Source: Scyliorhinus canicula (Eukaryota). From it: a stretch of DNA of 64,000 nt. Made by a program: the position numbers and the translations under genes. The notes under the pieces were generated by a model. That model searched no databases and was not told the DNA's origin. It saw only the letters and a list, made by a program, of their open reading frames with translations. The DNA is taken from positions 8,071,569-8,135,568 of the forward strand of contig NC_052153.1 of assembly GCF_902713615.1 (NCBI RefSeq), read 5' to 3'. Each line of letters opens with the position of its first letter. Within the stretch, counting starts at the first letter, position 1. Positions 60,295 to 64,000 of the stretch are shown piece by piece.

Positions 60295-60920
60295 AAACAG
60301 GCCTTCACTATGACTTCAAATTGTGTTTGTTTGTGGAAGACTTGAGTATAAAGACGGCAACCTCAATAATCATTGTACATGTTTAACATCCATGGTTGCA
60401 TTGGTTGTAATTGGAGGATAATGCTTTTGTGTACTCTTGAATGTTTATTGGTGTATTCTACAAACTTGTATTTAAATAAAGATGCTGTCTTTGGGGGCTA
60501 ATTTCGCTAAGACAATTAAGAGTCAACCACATTTCAGTGGGTCTGGAATCACATGTAGGCCAGACTGGGTAAGGATGGCAGATTTCCTTCCCTAAAGGGC
60601 ATTAGTGAACCAGATGGGTTTTTATGATAATCGACACTGGTTTGATGGTCAGCATTCGACTTTTAATTCCAGTTTTTAAATCAAATTCAAATTTCGCCAT
60701 CAGCAGTGGTGTGATGTGAACATAGATCCCTCAGAGCATTACTCTGGGCTTCTGGATTACTTGTTCAATAATTCTAAGCCACCTACCCTGCACATCTGTG
60801 TTGTGGGGGCAAGACCCACACAGGCACGGAGAATGTGCAAACTTCACTCGGACAGTAACCTGGTCCTCAGCACTGAGGCAACAGTGCTAACCACTGCACC
60901 ACTATGATGCCCTGAGTGAT

Positions 60921-63880
60921 TTCTTTTTTAAAAAAAATATTTTTATTAAGGCATTTCTAATTTTAACAAGATACCAAAAGAGGAACAGCACATACTCAAC
61001 CAACAAAATCCAGCCACCATAACTTACATAAACAACATCCCAATTTCCCACTAACCTTACCCAACCCTGTATGTCTCCCCTTTTTAGACCCCTCCCCCCC
61101 CCCACTTAATTTTTCCCCAAAGAAGCCAATATACAGCTGCCACCTCCGTGCAAACCTTAGCATCGATCCTCTCGGCAAACTTAATCTCGAGCCGGAGAAA
61201 CCCCGCTATGTCACTGACCCACACCCTGGCTTTGGGGGCTCTGAGTCCCCCCATGCCACTAAAATCTGTCTCCCAGCTACCAGGGAGGTGAAGGCCAAGA
61301 TATTGGTGCCTGTCACCCCCTGCACACTCAGGTGTTCTGACACCAAAGATCCCACCTCTGGATTTGGAACCACCCTTCAGTACCTCCGACATGTCAGCAA
61401 ACCCCTTCTAGAATCCCCTCAGCCTCGGACATGCCCAAAACATACGGATATGATTCACAGGCCCATACCTACCCTTCCCCTCAAAAAACCTGCTCATCTG
61501 AGCCACAGTAATGTGGACCATCTATCAAGTTAAGCCTGGCACATGACAAGGACATGTTGACACCTCAGGGCATTTTCTCATAATCCATTTTATAAATCTC
61601 CACTACCTTCATGTAGCTCCTGGGGTGGCAGGTGCGGACAAGTTGGTACCTGCCTCCGTACAAAGTCCCTCACCTGCAAGTAACGGAACCCATTCTCACT
61701 GGGCAGCTCAACATTCCTCCTCCAACTCTTCTAAACATGGAAAGTCCCCCATCTACAAATGTTCCTGCCTGCTGCCACCCCCGAAACCGGTTTCCCCCAG
61801 CCCCGGACAAACCACATATTGGTGCCCACACTGAGTCCCATGTGCTGCCACTCTGTTGCCACTGCTACCGGGCTTGTGGAATACCTGGCTGTGGCAAGAA
61901 TGGCAGAGGCAGCATTAACAGTGCCCTCAAACTCATCCCTACATGAGATTGCCTCCAATTGCTTCCATACCAACCCCCACTTCCTGACCATCGCTATGTT
62001 TGTCACCCAGTAATAATTTATAAAGTTTAGAAGGACCAACCTCCCACCATCCCCGCTCCAGCAGCACCTTCGGTGGGGTTTTACGCGCCCACATAATAAC
62101 TGTTGCAGGTAGACTTACATTAACACTGCAATGAAGTTACTGTGAAAAGCCCCTAGTCACCACATTGTGGTGCCTGTTCAGGTACACTGAAGGAGAATTC
62201 AGACTGTCTAATTCACCTAACAGCACGTCTTTCAGGACTTGTAGGAGGAAACCCGTGCAGAAACGGAGAATGTGTAGACTCCGCACAGTGAGCCAGGAAT
62301 TGAACTGGGACCCTGGTGCTGTGAAGCAACAGTGCCAACCACTGCTACCATGCCATCCCTGAAATCACCGCATACATCTTGAAAAATGCCCTGGGGATAA
62401 AAATTGGAAGGCTCTGGAAAACAAACAAGAACCTCAGGAGTGCCACCACCTTCACTGTCAACCTTCCTTGCCAATGACAACAGGAGCGGATCCCACCTAA
62501 AGTCCCCGTCATCTGCTCCACCAACTGGGCCAGATTCAGCTTGTGCAGCTGCTCCCACACCTACGCCACCTGGATGCCCAAATACCAAAAGCTCCCCACC
62601 TTTAATGGCATCTGCCCCTCACCTGGATCGGAAAGACCTCACTTTTACTCATATTCAATTTGCACCCCAAAAACCAGCCAAATTCCTTTAGCATCCCTTC
62701 AATCCCCCCGTGGGACCGAAATTTACAATAGGTCAGCCACGGATGGCAAGACCCTATGTTCCACCACCCATAGTAACCCCTGCCAGTCACTCGACACTCT
62801 CATCGCCAACGGCTCTATAGCCAAGGCAAAAAGCAGTGGGGAGAGTGGACATCCCTGCCTCGCTCGCCCCCCCCCCCCCCCCCCCGTCTAAAATAGTCCA
62901 AGCTCAACTGGTTCGTCCACACACTCACCATCACTGCTGGATACAGCAGCCGGCCCCAGTCCACAAAACCCTGTCCAAACCCAAAGTGCCCCAGGCCCTC
63001 CCACAAATAGTCCCACTCCGGCCTGTTGAAGGCCTTCTCTGCTTCCATGGTGACCACCAACTCCACCTCTCATCCCTTGGAGGGCATTATGACGTTTAGC
63101 AACTTCTTGATCTTCACCGCCAGATGCCTCCCCTTAACAAACCCATCTGGTCCTCCCATATCACCCCAGCACAGTCCTCAATTCTCTAGGCCAAAATCTT
63201 GGCATCCACATTTAACAGGAAGATCGGCCTGTACGACCCACATTGCTCCAGAATGAGAGATTGAGGCCTGCAACATCGTCGTGGGGAGCAACAGCCCCCG
63301 CCCCACCTTCTTGCCTCATTAAACTCCCTTACCAACAAGGGTCGCAGAACTCGAGAGAACTTTTTATAAAACTCTACTGGGTACCCATACAGACCCAGGG
63401 CCTTGCCCGATTGCATCGCCTCCAACTCCACCACTTCTACCAGCCCAGTTGGGGCCCCAGGCCCTCCATCAGCTCCTCTGCCACCCACAGGAACTCCAAC
63501 CCCTCTAAAAACCGCCTCTCTCCTCCACCCCCGGTTGGGGGGTCCAACATATAGCTGACTAAAAATCTCAAAACACCTCATTCACCCCAACCAGGTCCAA
63601 AACCGCATTCCCCCATTATCCTTCACTTTCCCCGATTTCCCTCGCTGCCTTCTGTTTCAACTGGTGCGCTTTCGTCCTGCTCACCTTCTCACCATATTCA
63701 GACTCCACCCCTCTCGCCCTGCTCAGCTGCCCAACCACCTTCCCTGTGGATAACAACCTCCTTCTGCCGCTCCTTCAACAGCGCTTCCAAGTACCTCCTG
63801 TCCACCTGCAGGATCTCCTCCACTAGCCTTTCCATCTCCACACACACCTCTCTATGTGCCAATATCAATATGAACTCTCC
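60921..63880 (-). mobile_element. Older degenerate L1 (ORF2 3' two-thirds) with a SINE insertion at ~62095-62358
   Basis: GYPVEFYKK, CGSYRPIFLLNVDAKILA, EAEKAFNRPEW, RFARRWQ; T-run at the 3' end. Confidence 0.8.
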
Positions 63881-63881
63881 C

Positions 63882-64000
63882 GGGACTTCCGGGTGTGCAT
63901 TATGGAGTGAGTGTGCACACAGAGGCAGCTCCTGCCTAACATTGCAGAAAAGAGCTCTTTTTTGGGCAGCACGGGTTGGAATTTCGATGAAAAGGCGTGG
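63882..64000 (+). mobile_element. 5' end of another L1, homologous to the outer module at 43851
   Basis: ggacttccgggtgtgcattatggagtgagt...ggttggaatttcgatgaaaaggcg matches 43851-43965. Confidence 0.75.

Overview
Repeat-dense vertebrate genomic DNA. V-SINE/HE1-type and Deu-domain SINEs point to a cartilaginous fish, probably a shark (inference). Host genes: the last two exons of ELP1 (+); an intronless, CpG-saturated actin-like 7A-type gene (9442-10683, -); the complete coding region of aprataxin APTX in 7 exons (17279-28345, +); a second intronless actin-like 7 gene with 7B-like features (53497-54762, +); and an isolated last exon of DNAJA1 (60079-60294, +). Main observation: the segment between the two 500-N gaps (16596-57094) appears to be in the wrong orientation. 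A Gypsy integrase remnant broken at the first gap continues on the minus strand at the edge of the second gap, and its two LTRs become direct repeats only if the segment is flipped. The corrected order is ELP1> <ACTL7A-like <ACTL7B-like <APTX ... DNAJA1>. Other items: Penelope-derived palindromes carrying minimal hammerhead ribozyme cores, a TSD-bounded full-length L1 with three stacked 5' modules, one SINE head/V-domain with three different 3' tails, and a Gmr1-type (integrase before RT) LTR element. All homology statements come from recalled family sequences; no searches were run.
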